Translations under genes and position numbers: made by a program | The notes under the pieces: generated by a model | The model's input: only the letters and a program-made list of their open reading frames with translations | Databases searched by the model: none | Told to the model about the DNA's origin: nothing | NCBI GenBank assembly: GCA_016748015.1 | Contig: JAAOMT010000198.1 | Location: 418,797-482,796 of the forward strand | Direction: 5' to 3' | Source of the DNA: Geosiphon pyriformis uo1 | Lineage: Eukaryota; Fungi; Glomeromycota | Length of the DNA stretch: 64,000 nucleotides | In this document: positions 61,916 to 64,000 of the stretch, one piece after another | How the letters are laid out: each line of letters begins with the position of its first letter | How positions within the stretch are numbered: position 1 is the stretch's first letter

Positions 61916-64000
61916 ACCTTTTCCATTGTCACTATACCATTTCAACTTCTGTTCCTTAGAGAAATCTGGTAGTGCAATATATTGTTCATAGTTTGTATCA
62001 GAGTTTGGATCCGAGTTGGAATCATTGTTGTTGTCATTGCCATGTTGAATAGAGCTGGAACTGGTGTTTTCGTCGTCATTCTTGTCAGAGTTTGAATTGG
62101 AATTGAAAATTGATTCCAATTTTGATGTGCAGCTGCTGATTGGTTCTTCTTCTTTGAAGATCATATAGATCATGCATGGTGGTGGATTGTAAATAAGGTT
62201 ACAATCATCACAATATTCAAAGTCACTGAGAATTAAACAATGGCAACACAGTCTTGTATTCAACTGTGCTAGCCATTGTTCTTACTTCTCTCTAGTGGGT
62301 GCCAAGTTTTGGTAGTGTTTATAGAACTCTTTTGGTTCTAAGAAATTTATGACTGGCTCTGCATTTCAGTCAAGCTTAATGGGTTCTGGTGGGTTGTTTT
62401 TGATTTTTCTGATCTCTTTGGGTGTTGCTCCTTCTATTTTGGCAATTGCCATTCTCCAAATTTTGTTGTCATCATGTGGACAACTGCCCAGTTGCTGTAC
62501 AGCTCTTCTCCAAGTGGCTTTTATTAACATCCCTTTTTGTACCCAGTTGCTAATAAGGATTGTGTATTAACATGATACATCGCATGTTTCTCCATGTCTA
62601 GGAATGTCATTCCATATTCCTTCATTGAAGAGGGTCTTGCCACAGGCTAAACATGGTGTATTATTCCTTTTTCCCACTTGTCTTGGTCTTCCAAAACGCT
62701 CGACAAGGCATGCGCAGCAATAGAACTTGGTTGCCATCTGATATTCTTTGTTGTTGCCACAGCATGTGTCTATTGATGACAATTTCTTGCCACAATTAAT
62801 GCACACTAGTTTGGGTCAGCAATAGATGGATTGTTGTGATGTTGTGTGTTGATAGGAGGTATATGGGTTTGTTGGCAGTGGCTCTTTTTCTTTCACTTTT
62901 CCTTTCCCTTTGTTGCTTTTTTCCTATTTTTAGCTGGAAGTCAGTTTGCTCTCGTCATTGTCGGTCCATGTCAGGTCATTGGTTTCCCAGGTAAGTTTTT
63001 CCTTCTGTTTTTCTTTGTCATCTCATGATAGAATAGGTGGCAATTCGTTGTGGTTGTCATTGGTTCAAGAGATTTGGTACGCTTTTCAGGTAGGTTTTTT
63101 TTTTTCTCTTTCTGTTTGATTAATAGTTTCTCTCTTGGAGGAGTTTTGAAGTGGCCACACATGACTGGTACACGTATGTGTCGGCCCTGATATGTTAGCT
63201 GGAGTTCCTGGATGTTCCAGTCTAATGTCACGTTGACTTTGAACAGCCAGTCATTACCAACAAGGGCTTGGTATTGGGTGGCTTCTATTATTAAAACTTT
63301 AATGGGAGTTATGATACTGTTGACTTCGAAAGAGAAGTTGTCGATTTTGCTGATTGGAGTTTTGGTCACTTCATTAGCAGTGATAATTCTGGCACTGGCA
63401 GCTTGGTCAACCCAGTAACCTAATTGGTCTATGAGTTGCCTGGTGATAATGCTGTCTGCTGACCCACTGTCAAGAATTAATTTGATGAATTGTTCATCGA
63501 CTTTGGCATCAGTGTACATGGCAGTGATCAGTTTGGCTTCAAGAGTGACTCCACTAAATAGCGGTGTTGCAGTTGTCTCTTCAAATTCGAATGGGAAAAT
63601 AGCAGCCATGAACTCGTCTTCAGTGATGGTAGCAGATGGGATATTACTGGTGAGTAGTTGTTTTTGGGCGGATTCTGGGTTATTGGCTGAGACGTCTTCT
63701 AGAGTGATCAGAAGACTTAAATAGTTCTGGGAATTCGGGTTCTGGGGTTGATCGGTACCCAAATTCTACTAGTATAATCCAGATAGTTGCTGTGAAAAAC
63801 TGAAGATTGGCTGATGGATTATCATTGCCGATCTCCAGCTCTGTTGAGCCATTCTCGGTCTTTGTGTTCCATTGGGTGGTAAGTTTTGGGGTGGTGTTTG
63901 AATTTATTGGGGTTGATAGATTGTTGGTGGCTGTGGTTGTTGATAAATTACTTGTGGCTGCAGTTAATAAATTTGAGGTTAATATACTGGTGGTTGATAA

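Larger units (their letters stand above)
56668..64000 (-). mobile_element. Element H: dUTPase Gypsy (gag end, PR, Cys-rich, dUTPase, RT/RH to 59687, IN 58243-59625, ORF3 57559-58218, 3' LTR 56668-57545), inserted in the G 5' LTR
   Basis: LILDSGSA protease; YLDD; TDAS; YHPQANGLVKKFNRTL; PPT AAAAGGAGGAAATAA; LTR TGTTAC..TGTAACA. Confidence 0.93.

Noticed and set aside
239-63724. Many short antisense or hydrophobic ORFs in the ORF track (e.g. 917-1168, 28287-28628, 44959-45204, 61683-61991)
   Set aside because: They are shadows of A-rich TE coding strands or of LTR repeats; no independent coding evidence and no host gene recognised.

Overview
This window is a eukaryotic, fungal-looking transposon graveyard with no recognisable host gene. 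The peptide style resembles Glomeromycotina (Geosiphon-like) repeats, but that is my recollection and is unverified. The window is a nested stack of decayed Ty3/Gypsy LTR retrotransposons (labelled A-I) and APE-RT-RNase H non-LTR (LINE) elements (J, K, K', L). Every copy is disabled by pervasive C>T/G>A transitions. One LTR element (F, 44793-54789, 4-bp TSD GCAT) and one LINE (L, 28843-35618, ~8-bp TSD) are structurally complete. Comparing copies within the window reveals an unusual shared Gypsy architecture. (i) Gag-PR-[Cys-rich]-[dUTPase]-RT-RNase H stops at a conserved position just after RNase H, and integrase is a separate ORF. (ii) A third, non-env ORF3 lies between integrase and the PPT. 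(iii) Family-specific tandem-repeat arrays in U3 travel together with ORF3 type, suggesting a self-encoded regulator/operator or anti-silencing cassette. (iv) The LTRs carry conserved RNA structures: a covarying hairpin with a palindromic loop, and a U5 anti-PBS stem. Coordinates were counted by hand, and internal boundaries of degraded ORFs are approximate.
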